From contig CBDDDZ010000005.1 of assembly GCA_965226795.1 (NCBI GenBank), positions 2,016,001 through 2,080,000 of the forward strand: DNA of 64,000 nt, in the 5' to 3' direction. Below are positions 38,251 to 46,035 of the stretch, piece by piece. The notes under the pieces are model-generated. The model ran no database searches. It was not told the DNA's origin and saw nothing but the letters and a program-made list of their open reading frames with translations. How positions within the stretch are numbered: the first letter of the stretch is position 1; every line of letters starts with the position of its first letter. A program made the translations under genes and the position numbers. The stretch comes from Candidatus Latescibacterota bacterium (GTDB lineage Bacteria; Latescibacterota; UBA2968; GCA-2709665).

Positions 38251-39650
38251 ATCGGTGGATGCTCGCTTGTGTACTCTTCTGCCGATTCCTCGTCGTCGCC
38301 CGAGACGTCTTCCTCAGGCAGTTCAGCCGCCGCCTTGCGCACATCGAGCTTGCCCGTGACGACATCGGCGATCAGGCGGGTGCGGTATTCTTGGAGGAGG
38401 GCGATCTCCCGGTGGGCACTCGCGATCGCTCCAGCCAAAGTTACGGTGGCTTTCTTGAATGCACTAACGATAGCCTCCTGTTCAGCTACCGGGGGAAGTA
38501 CAATGACCATCATATTCAGATGTTTGGGCCCAAAGTGCTCAATTCCCACTCCGGACTTTGCTAAATCAATCTGAACCTGAAACAACCGTGAATTCATGAA
38601 TAGTCGAACATATTCCATCACAGTTTGCTGTGATCGTGCCCAAAGTCGGATGATCCCAGTATAAGGAATGGCACCAGCTACCTCCGGACTCGCCAGTGCG
38701 ACCGCACCAGTACTCGCGCTCGCACTGAGCAAATAGTCGCTTTCCTTGACCGCAAAATGACTCCATCGCTTACCGACCATATCTGGATCCAGATAATTGC
38801 AACCATTCAACGTCGCCACCTCTTTGCGAAAACACGAGATTCGAAGCAGCGGCACTCCGGACTCGCGAAAATCCGCTGCCATGATACCGGGGCCTTCCTG
38901 AAAGCCGACGCGCTGCTTGAACGGAATAACTTCCCAATGCTTTGGCACTTCTCCTAGCCACTCCACCCTGGAGCGTTTATGGGCCGGGTAGGGCTGGCCG
39001 GTTCGGACGTCGATCTGGCCCGTGACGGCCTGGTGGATAATGGCCTGCTTCTGCTCCTCCAGCAGCGCAATCAGCTTCTGCCTGGTGCGGATGTAGCGCC
39101 GGATGCGCCGGTCGGCGTGGTCGAGGAAGCGGACGATGGCGGCTTGTTCGGGGAGGGGCGGGAGGGGAATCTTCTGTGACCCAAAGCTTTCGAAACGAAA
39201 GTCAGTTGACCGCTCGCGAATTCCCTTCGTGAGTGCCTGGATCCACTGGCTCCTTGCCATCTCGCGCAGGGCGTGGGCAAAGTACTCAGCTCTCGCTGTT
39301 GGTCCAGGTTCGCAAACAGAGTAGACCGGCGTCCCCTTGCCATTGGAGTCCGCCACACCGATCGCGCCCGCGAAGGCGTCCATCCCGTGGATCACAAGGT
39401 CACCACACCGAATGCCCTGGTAACCGATCTCCTTCAAGGACTCTGTAAAGCCACGCACACGACGATTCTTGCGAAGGGTAACCGCGCCGTCACGAAAGCA
39501 GGTTACAACTTCGTCAGCTTCCCTGACAGGCCGGTCCATCTTGCGAAACAACCACTTTCCCCGCTCGACTTCCCAATGCACCGGCACCCGCCCCAACCAC
39601 TCAATACTGGAGTCCTTGTAGGCAGGATAGCGTTTGAGATCTAAGGTCAT
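38247..39650 (-). CDS. hsdS: Type I R-M specificity subunit S
   Basis: Repeated conserved blocks YKDSSIEWLG.VP.HWEV and HKRSRVEWLGEVPKHWEV, PPLPEQAAIV and PPVAEQEAIV, LIADVVTGKLDVR. Two TRDs. Confidence 0.96.
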   Translation of the reverse strand: MTLDLKRYPAYKDSSIEWLGRVPVHWEVERGKWLFRKMDRPVREADEVVTCFRDGAVTLRKNRRVRGFTESLKEIGYQGIRCGDLVIHGMDAFAGAIGVADSNGKGTPVYSVCEPGPTARAEYFAHALREMARSQWIQALTKGIRERSTDFRFESFGSQKIPLPPLPEQAAIVRFLDHADRRIRRYIRTRQKLIALLEEQKQAIIHQAVTGQIDVRTGQPYPAHKRSRVEWLGEVPKHWEVIPFKQRVGFQEGPGIMAADFRESGVPLLRISCFRKEVATLNGCNYLDPDMVGKRWSHFAVKESDYLLSASASTGAVALASPEVAGAIPYTGIIRLWARSQQTVMEYVRLFMNSRLFQVQIDLAKSGVGIEHFGPKHLNMMVIVLPPVAEQEAIVSAFKKATVTLAGAIASAHREIALLQEYRTRLIADVVTGKLDVRKAAAELPEEDVSGDDEESAEEYTSEHPPM

Positions 39651-39660
39651 CATCACAATT

Positions 39661-39903
39661 CACCATTGTAGGGGCGACCGGCCGGTCGCCCGTGCGCCGT
39701 ATGGATCCTGGCCGTACATAACGGCAGGATTCTCCGGGTCTGCCGGCCATCTTCCAGGGTTCTCCGCGATGTATTGCCGAATCCGATCCAGCGCGGATTC
39801 GTTCCGGAAAACGTGTTCGTAGTAATTGCGCTGTCAGACCGGTATATCGGGTGTGCCGCGCATGGCGTTGATGCGTTTGGTACGGTCTGAGGTCAAAGTT
39901 CAT
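39661..39903 (-). pseudogene. Chimera: hsdS-like start (MNFDLRPY) joined to a RAYT 3' fragment and REP 2 (39668-39691)
   Basis: 39661-39880 is a diverged tandem copy of 39910-40128, with TGA replacing the W of WQRNYYEH. Confidence 0.85.
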
Positions 39904-39908
39904 CACTA

Positions 39909-40496
39909 TCACCAATGTAGGGGCGACCGGCCGGTCGCCCGTGCGTCGAGTGGATCCTGGACGTCCCTGATGGCAGGATTCTCCGGGTCTTCAGACCATC
40001 CGGCCGGGTTATCTGCGATGTATTGCCGAATCCGGTCCAGCGCGGATTCATGCCGGATGACGTGTTCGTAGTAATTGCGCTGCCAGACCGATGCACCGGG
40101 CGTGCCTCGCATGGTGTTGATGCGTTTGGTCGTGGCAGATTTGAATCCGGCCATCATCGCGCCGAGTGAACTGGGTCGCGGCCCACTGCGGGCGACCGGC
40201 CGGTCGCCCCTACAGCGTTTGTTGACAATAATGACGATGCCATGAACGTGGTTCGGCATGACAATCCATGCGTCCAGTTCGATCTCGATGCGGATCCGTG
40301 CAGAATTTAGCCATTCCTCTGCGGCCATCCGGCCAAATTCGCTCAACTCCACCTCACCATCATTCACTTCGCCAAACAGTAATTCCTGGCCCTTTGTGCA
40401 GACTGTGATAAAGTATGCGCCGGCTCGTGAATAGTCGTAGTTGCGCAATCGGATCGACCGACGGTGACGTTTCTCCGGATCGCAGGAGGTGTTCAC
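39909..40496 (-). mobile_element. REP-associated tyrosine transposase (RAYT / Y1 HUH) containing REP 3 (39917-39940) and REP 4 (40190-40213)
   Basis: Motifs RRSIRLRNYDYS..GAYFITVC, HUH motif MPNHVHGI, WQRNYYEHVIR and catalytic RQYIADNP. Confidence 0.93.
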
Positions 40497-40615
40497 TATG
40501 CCCTCAGAATTTCGTGCAACAATTGCTCAGACACTCTCTCCATTGCCGAAATGTCGGCCCGGATCTCTTCCAGCGTGAGCAGCGGCTCAGGATCAGATTT
40601 GAGATCTAAGGTCAT
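40496..40615 (-). pseudogene. 39-aa chimera: hsdS start joined to an hsdM C-terminus
   Basis: MTLDLK (19 bp identical to 39633-39651) plus PLLTLEEIRADISAMERVSEQLLHEILRA*, compared with HsdM PMRTLEEIRADIVALEKETEGLL. Confidence 0.85.
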
Positions 40616-40629
40616 CGAATTATACACCA

Positions 40630-40845
40630 ATGTAGGGGCGACCGGCCGGTCGCCCTATGCCGAATGGATCCTGGACGTACTTGATAGCGGGATTCTCCGG
40701 GTCTTCCGCCCATCCGGCCGGGTTATCCTCGTTGTATCGCCGAATCCGGGGCAGGTTCACTATGTGCCGGAAGTTCCAGCTTGCCAGCACGTCGACCCCG
40801 GCCAGGGTCGCCGTAGCGATATGCAGGGCATCGCTCGCCCTTGCG
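40630..40845 (-). pseudogene. Chimera: PIN fragment joined to a RAYT C-terminus and REP 5 (40632-40657)
   Basis: DALHIATATLAGVDVLASWNFRHIVNLPRIRRYNE is read in frame into DNPAGWAEDPENPAI. Confidence 0.85.
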
Positions 40846-40863
40846 CTTTAGTTTCCCTTCGGG

Positions 40864-41079
40864 TCAGCCGTCGCGACGATCTGTTGGCATGTCCTGCGTC
40901 GATTTGCGTATCCGCGCAGCCAATGCTTCCAGCCTGGGGTCGGAATACCGCCTGGAATTGAACCACTCTACCTGTTCCTCGATGGTCATGTCGGCGGTCT
41001 CGGCGGCAATGCGGGCGCGGGCGTCGCGCATGAACCGGACGCAGTCAAACTTCTTTTCAACGCGAGTCGCTTCAGTCAT
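40864..41079 (-). CDS. Small putative antitoxin downstream of the PIN domain
   Basis: 71 aa containing KKFDCVRFMRDAR. ATGACTGA overlap with the hsdM::PIN stop. Confidence 0.7.
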   Translation of the reverse strand: MTEATRVEKKFDCVRFMRDARARIAAETADMTIEEQVEWFNSRRYSDPRLEALAARIRKSTQDMPTDRRDG

Positions 41080-43510
41080 GGACGATTTCCTCCGGCGTGC
41101 GAATGTCGATGGCAGAGTATCCATTCTGACGATTGACCTCGTTGCAGGCCCTGATGCGCCGCCAGTTCACCATGTGCCTGAAATTCCAGCTTACCAGGAC
41201 ATCGGCTCTGGCAAGGGTGGCGAGGGCGATGTGCAGCGCATCGGTCCGATTGGCCCCACCCAGGGCCTCACCCGAGATGTAGGCATCGGCGAGCTTTCTT
41301 GCTTCTCTTGAAACGGCGAGCAATTCCGTGTGTTCCGGGGGAACGATGCTGGCCACCTGCCTGATGGAAGGCGGAGCATCCGCCAGTTCATCCAGAGTGA
41401 CGGCCGAGAGGAGCATCGTGGCTTCCCCCCGGCGAAAGACCTCGAAGAGCTGCTTCGATTGCTCGCGGAATTCATTGTCATGGCAGCCGCCGATCACCGA
41501 GGTATCCACGTAGATGCGCGGCTTGCCGTACACAACCGACGGTTCGCGCACCATCGGCAGATCCCCGAGCAACCCCTCCGTTTCTTTCTCCAGCGCCACG
41601 ATGTCCGCCCGGATCTCCTCCAGGGTCCGCATAGGCTGTGGTTTGTAGAAATATCGGGTGAAGCTGATCTCGTAGCCGATTCTTATGCTGTCTGCTTGGT
41701 ACCAGGCATCAGCGGCATAGGGCAGAACTTCCCGCCGCAGGAAAGCTTCAATGCCACCCTCCTCCTGCAGCGGAATCTGCTCGGTGTCGCGCAGGTCGGT
41801 GTCGGGTTCGTACTCCACCACGACGGGCTTGCCGTTTACAGTAGCTTCGAACCGGCCGCGCAGCGGGTCGGCCTTAGTGTCTCTCTTATGGATCTTCTTG
41901 ATGATGTGCGGCGCGGTGTCGCTGCGCTCGCCGCTCTCCTTCAGCTTCTTAATCTCGGCGGCCTTGTAAGCGCGGCTGGGGTCGGCACCTTCGAGCCGCA
42001 GCGGCCGTTCGACCATCACCTTCCAGTAGCCGAAGGCGGCGTTGTCGAAGATCTTGCTCTGCTCGCTTTCCTCAAAGGCGAGGAAGGTGTCGCAGATGCG
42101 CTGGATGTCCTCCTCGCCGAGTTCGCAGTTCTTCTTGCCCAGGTTCTTGCGCAGAGGCCGGTACCACCCGGTGGCGTCGATCAACTGCACCTTGCCCCGG
42201 CGATGCTCCGGCTTGCAGTTAGTGAGTACCCAGACGTAGGTGGCGATGCCGGTGTTGTAGAACATGTTGAGCGGCAGGGCGACAATCGCCTCCAGCCAGT
42301 CGTTCTCGATGATCCAGCGGCGGATATTGCTCTCGCCCTGGCCGGCGTCGCCGGTGAACAGGGAACTGCCGTTGTGCACCTCGGCGATGCGGCTCCCGCC
42401 CTCCTTCATCTTGGAGAGCTTGTTGGCGAGAAAGAGCATCTGGCCGTCGCTGGAGCGGGTGACCAGAGAATATTCGGGATCTGCGGCGTGCTCGATCACG
42501 AAGCGCGGGTCCCGCATTTCCTTCTTGCCGCCCATGCGCTCCAGATCGGTCTTCCAGCTCTTACCGTAGGGCGGATTGGAGAGCATGAAGTCGAACTCGC
42601 GGGACGGGAAGGCGTCGTTGGCCAGGGTGGAGTGCTCGGGGCCGCCCACGATGTTGTCGGCGGCGTCGCCTTCACCCTTCAGCAGCAGGTCGGCCTTGCA
42701 GATGGCGTAGGTTTCGGCATTGATCTCCTGGCCGTAGAGATGGGTGGAGACCTGCCTGCCTTTTTCGGCGGCGAGTTGCTGAAGCACGTCTTCGGCCACG
42801 GTCAACATGCCGCCGGTGCCACAGGCTCCGTCGTAGATCAGGTAGGTGCCGGACTTGATCTGGTCGGCGACGGGCAGGAAGACCAGCTTCGCCATCAGGG
42901 TCACGGCGTCGCGCGGGGTCCAGTGCTCGCCCGCCTCCTCGTTGTTCTCCTCGTTGAAGCGCCGGATCAGTTCCTCGAAGATCGTCCCCATGCCGTGGTT
43001 GTCAAGGCCGGGGTGCCTGACCGTGCCGTCGGCATTGCGCACCGGGGCCGGGCTCAGGTTGATGTCGGGCGAGGTGAGTTTTTCGATCAGCGTGCCCAGG
43101 GCGTCGGCCCTGGACAGCCGCGAAACCTGGTTGCGGAACTCAAAGTTTTCGAGGATGTCCTGGACGTTGGGCGAGAAACCGTCAAGCCAGGCCCGGAAGT
43201 CGGCCTCAAGCTGCTGGCGATTGGCGCGGGCGCGCAGGTCGCGCAGGGTGAACGTGGAGGTATTGTAGAAGTCCTGTCCCGCCGCCTGCCGCAGGGGCTC
43301 GTGTTGGTCGACCAAGCCAATTTTGTCGAGGGAGGCCTGCATGTCCAGGACGTTCTGCTTGCTATCCTCCAGTACCGCGTCGAGCCGGCGCAGAACGGTC
43401 ATCGGCAGGATCACGTCGCGGTACTTTCCGCGCACGTACAGATCGCGCAGCACGTCGTCTGCGATTCCCCAAATGTAGTTTGCGATCCAGTTAAGGTCGG
43501 CATTACTCAT
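41072..43510 (-). CDS. hsdM: Type I R-M methyltransferase subunit M with C-terminal PIN domain fusion
   Basis: Motifs GEHWTPRD, YDGACGTGGML, SNPPY, FYNTGI, GYEISFTRYFY. Then without a stop IYVDTSVIGG...EL...DALHIALA...VSWNFRHMVN. Confidence 0.95.
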   Translation of the reverse strand: MSNADLNWIANYIWGIADDVLRDLYVRGKYRDVILPMTVLRRLDAVLEDSKQNVLDMQASLDKIGLVDQHEPLRQAAGQDFYNTSTFTLRDLRARANRQQLEADFRAWLDGFSPNVQDILENFEFRNQVSRLSRADALGTLIEKLTSPDINLSPAPVRNADGTVRHPGLDNHGMGTIFEELIRRFNEENNEEAGEHWTPRDAVTLMAKLVFLPVADQIKSGTYLIYDGACGTGGMLTVAEDVLQQLAAEKGRQVSTHLYGQEINAETYAICKADLLLKGEGDAADNIVGGPEHSTLANDAFPSREFDFMLSNPPYGKSWKTDLERMGGKKEMRDPRFVIEHAADPEYSLVTRSSDGQMLFLANKLSKMKEGGSRIAEVHNGSSLFTGDAGQGESNIRRWIIENDWLEAIVALPLNMFYNTGIATYVWVLTNCKPEHRRGKVQLIDATGWYRPLRKNLGKKNCELGEEDIQRICDTFLAFEESEQSKIFDNAAFGYWKVMVERPLRLEGADPSRAYKAAEIKKLKESGERSDTAPHIIKKIHKRDTKADPLRGRFEATVNGKPVVVEYEPDTDLRDTEQIPLQEEGGIEAFLRREVLPYAADAWYQADSIRIGYEISFTRYFYKPQPMRTLEEIRADIVALEKETEGLLGDLPMVREPSVVYGKPRIYVDTSVIGGCHDNEFREQSKQLFEVFRRGEATMLLSAVTLDELADAPPSIRQVASIVPPEHTELLAVSREARKLADAYISGEALGGANRTDALHIALATLARADVLVSWNFRHMVNWRRIRACNEVNRQNGYSAIDIRTPEEIVHD

Positions 43511-43539
43511 CGTTGTACTGCTCCTCGAAATAGGACTAC

Positions 43540-43700
43540 GAGTCGCTCGGCAGTTTCAAACCTCGATGGATTCTTCTCTAACGAGATGAAGGCGAATCAC
43601 CCCTCGGGCGCCGCCTTCGTCAAAGTAACATCGCACCGCATCTTGGACCGAGTTTTTCAGGCATTCCCAATTATCTTGCTAGGTGAAGATGCCGTAGCCA
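43540..43700 (-). pseudogene. Remnant of a HicB-like antitoxin plus the first codons of its HicA-like partner
   Basis: GYGIFT*QDNWECLKNSVQDAVRCYFDEG...IRLHLVREESIEV*, overlapping TTG-KLPSD. Confidence 0.65.
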
Positions 43701-43724
43701 GGCGATTCGGCCGGGCTCGGGTGG

Positions 43725-43952
43725 TCAAACCGTAACCATGTAGTGGTTCACCACGACCGACTCCGCGGCCTGATCATCATCCCGCTCAAGCTCGTCGAGA
43801 TACAACCTGATCGCGTCGGCGACCAGGTCACGCACCTCTTCCTCCGTTTTCCCCGCCACGCCAACGCCGGGAAGTTCCGGAACATACGCCCCATACGCGC
43901 GGGGTCCGTATTTCTCTACAATGACCAGATACTCAGCCTGCGCCATCTCCAA
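43725..43952 (-). CDS. hicB: HicB family antitoxin
   Basis: YGAYVPELPGVGVAGKTEEEV...AI.LYL. Confidence 0.92.
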   Translation of the reverse strand: MEMAQAEYLVIVEKYGPRAYGAYVPELPGVGVAGKTEEEVRDLVADAIRLYLDELERDDDQAAESVVVNHYMVTV

Positions 43953-44151
43953 CCTCCGTGTCGTTCTCTTTCAAACCGGCCTGTTTGAGCACCTGGCTAA
44001 GCGTGCCCGCCTTCATGTCTGCGTTGGGATTTCCAGCAACCACTACGATGCCAGACCTGGTAGAGTGTCGCATCACCCGGTGGCTCCCGCGGCGACGGAC
44101 CTCGTACCATCCGTCCTCTTGCAACTGTCTCAACACGTCACGGACCTTCAC
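43933..44151 (-). CDS. hicA: HicA family toxin
   Basis: Motifs LQEDGWYEVRRRGSH and GTLSQVLKQAGL. Confidence 0.93.
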   Translation of the reverse strand: MKVRDVLRQLQEDGWYEVRRRGSHRVMRHSTRSGIVVVAGNPNADMKAGTLSQVLKQAGLKENDTEVGDGAG

Positions 44152-44163
44152 GTCAAGATTATA
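44152..44163 (-). promoter_or_regulatory. TATAAT -10 box 6 nt upstream of the hicA GTG (probable leaderless transcript)
   Basis: Minus strand reads TATAATcttgacGTG, with no SD sequence. Confidence 0.65.
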
Positions 44164-44226
44164 CCCCTGTGAAAGGAACCCGCGGAAAGATAATCGCTGA
44201 CAGGAAAATGTAGATCACCGCTGACC

Positions 44227-45402
44227 TCATCCCCGGTTACCTCCCCCCCACGCGGACGAGAACTGTTCGCCCTCCAGAAACCTGCCGGGACGGAACGGGT
44301 GCAGATCGAACGCAGGCGTCCGGCCGAGAATCACGTCGCTCAGCGAATCGGCAATCGGCGGACCCAGCTTGAACCCGTGTCCGCTCCCGCCGAAAAAGGC
44401 ATAGTAGCCCTCCAGCCCCGGTTCGGATCCGACCAGGGGATGCCAGTCGTCCGTAATCGTATAGACGGACGCCCAGCCCTTTACGTATTCGCCCTGCCTG
44501 AACGCCGGCACCCGTTCAAAGGTCCCCGTCTCGATGCGCCGGCGCGTGGGTTCATCAAGGACGGGATCGTACGCGTCGACGTCCATCGGCTCCACCTCTT
44601 TGGGAAAGCTCAAGCCGGCCAGCAGTCCGTCGTCGCCGTCGGGACGAAAATAGACCCGCAGATTGGGATCGGAAACCACGGGAAACCGGCCGAATCCCTC
44701 CGGCAATCGCAATACCAGATCGCTCTCCCGGCTCCATCGCACCGAATAATTCAACCCCGCGGACAATCCCATCCGGCGGCCCCAGGGTCCTGCGGCGTTG
44801 ATCACCATTTCCGTCCGGACTTCGCCCGCGTCGGTATCCACCCCGGTCACACGGCTGCCGGACAGCCGAATCTGCGTTGCTCCCACGCCCTCGTAACACA
44901 CCAGTCCCCAGTCTTTCGCCCGCGTTACCAGGTTCCGTACCGTCTTAACGGGGTCCGCGTAACCGGAAGCGGGTTCATAGATACCGCCAACGATCCCTTC
45001 TGTATTCACGCCCGGGACGAGTTCCAGGATCTCATCCGTACCCGCCTCCACGGCGCGGGTGTGGTTCCGCTGTTCCGCCGCAAGCACCGCTCTACCTGCG
45101 GCGGCGGTATGCTCACCCAGTAGACACATGTACCCCGTATTGCGAAAGTCACAGTCTCCCCCCAGCGCCTCCTCCCCGTTCGCAAACATCTCCAGCGCCT
45201 TCATGGACAATTGGATGGTCAGATCGTTCGAGTAAAAGGTGCGGATCACCGCGGCCGAATGCCCCGTGCTCACGGCTGCCAGCGTCCGCTTTTCCAGAAG
45301 CACGACGGCGCCGAGACCCTTCTTTGCCAGAAAATGGGCTATGCTGGCACCCATGATGCCGCCGCCGATCACCACGGCGTCTGCCACCTTTACCATCTGC
45401 AT
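44227..45402 (-). CDS. FAD-dependent oxidoreductase (DAO/sarcosine oxidase beta-like)
   Basis: Motifs VIGGGIMG, INAAGPW, TDDWHPLVG, GSGHGFK. Confidence 0.92.
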   Translation of the reverse strand: MQMVKVADAVVIGGGIMGASIAHFLAKKGLGAVVLLEKRTLAAVSTGHSAAVIRTFYSNDLTIQLSMKALEMFANGEEALGGDCDFRNTGYMCLLGEHTAAAGRAVLAAEQRNHTRAVEAGTDEILELVPGVNTEGIVGGIYEPASGYADPVKTVRNLVTRAKDWGLVCYEGVGATQIRLSGSRVTGVDTDAGEVRTEMVINAAGPWGRRMGLSAGLNYSVRWSRESDLVLRLPEGFGRFPVVSDPNLRVYFRPDGDDGLLAGLSFPKEVEPMDVDAYDPVLDEPTRRRIETGTFERVPAFRQGEYVKGWASVYTITDDWHPLVGSEPGLEGYYAFFGGSGHGFKLGPPIADSLSDVILGRTPAFDLHPFRPGRFLEGEQFSSAWGGGNRG

Positions 45403-45588
45403 TACTCCTGCCCGAGCGGTGACTCCCGCTCTTTTTCTCTTCGCCTTTTTAGAAGCTCGACTTCGAGGTTAGTGACATCACCGGTCACTCTCCCCACACG
45501 CCTGACCGTCGGCCCGGCCCGCGGGGCACACGTCATCCGGAACGTACGCCGGCGCCTGTTCCGTGGTGAAGACCCCCACCAACACAGG

Positions 45589-45990
45589 TCAGACCTTTAC
45601 GAAGACCATCGTTACCTGCGACTCGCCAAGCCTCGAAGCCAATGTCAGTTCATTGCCGCTTTTGGTGGCGGTGGTTCCGGTGACGCCAAGTGTCGCTGCT
45701 TCCTGGAACAAAATATCCGATCCTTCTATGGCATACGTTCCGTCGGAATACCGATCTTCAAGCTGAAGCACAGGTATATTCAGACTCATCGAAAAGTCGC
45801 CCGTTGTCGTCAGGACGAGCGTGCCGGTTGCCTCGGGCGGATGGAGGGTGCGGGTTTCAGATCCGCTTGTCAATTGAATCTCGCTCAGCGTATAGGTGCC
45901 TGCGAGCGTATCGTAGTTCAGCGGATTGTCATCTCCGCAAGACATCGCAAACAGTGCCAGTACAAACGAAATTCCTGCAAACGTTCTCAT
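45589..45990 (-). CDS. Small lipoprotein, lipocalin-like
   Basis: Lipobox FAMSC-GDD, LAGTYTL, beta-rich. Confidence 0.75.
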   Translation of the reverse strand: MRTFAGISFVLALFAMSCGDDNPLNYDTLAGTYTLSEIQLTSGSETRTLHPPEATGTLVLTTTGDFSMSLNIPVLQLEDRYSDGTYAIEGSDILFQEAATLGVTGTTATKSGNELTLASRLGESQVTMVFVKV

Positions 45991-46035
45991 TCGTGATTCT
46001 CCGGAACCGGATCGTATTCCGCGAATCTGGAGCCC

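Larger units (their letters stand above)
27260..44180 (-). other. Defence island: type I R-M, TA array, RAYT/REPs and MTase-GHKL/HK-receiver module
   Basis: 17 kb of co-oriented defence and TA genes between metabolic genes. Visibly lower GC at 27.3-33.2 kb. No integrase seen. Confidence 0.85.

Noticed and set aside
39661..40128. Diversity-generating retroelement TR/VR pair
   Set aside because: Differences between the copies are not adenine-specific and no reverse transcriptase is present.
38247..40615. Classical invertase-driven hsdS shufflon
   Set aside because: No site-specific recombinase and no inverted silent TRDs. The extra hsdS pieces are only about 20-bp starts in direct orientation.
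38224..40657. CRISPR array from the recurring palindromic 24-27-mers
   Set aside because: Spacing is irregular (about 250-1440 bp), orientation is mixed, two copies lie within a CDS and there are no cas genes. They fit GTAG REPs.
41330..43735. 801-aa plus-strand ORF
   Set aside because: Antisense shadow of GC-rich hsdM with no recognisable motifs.
27260..44180. Prophage, ICE or integron
   Set aside because: No integrase, tRNA attachment site, attC-like sites, conjugation genes or phage structural genes were recognised.
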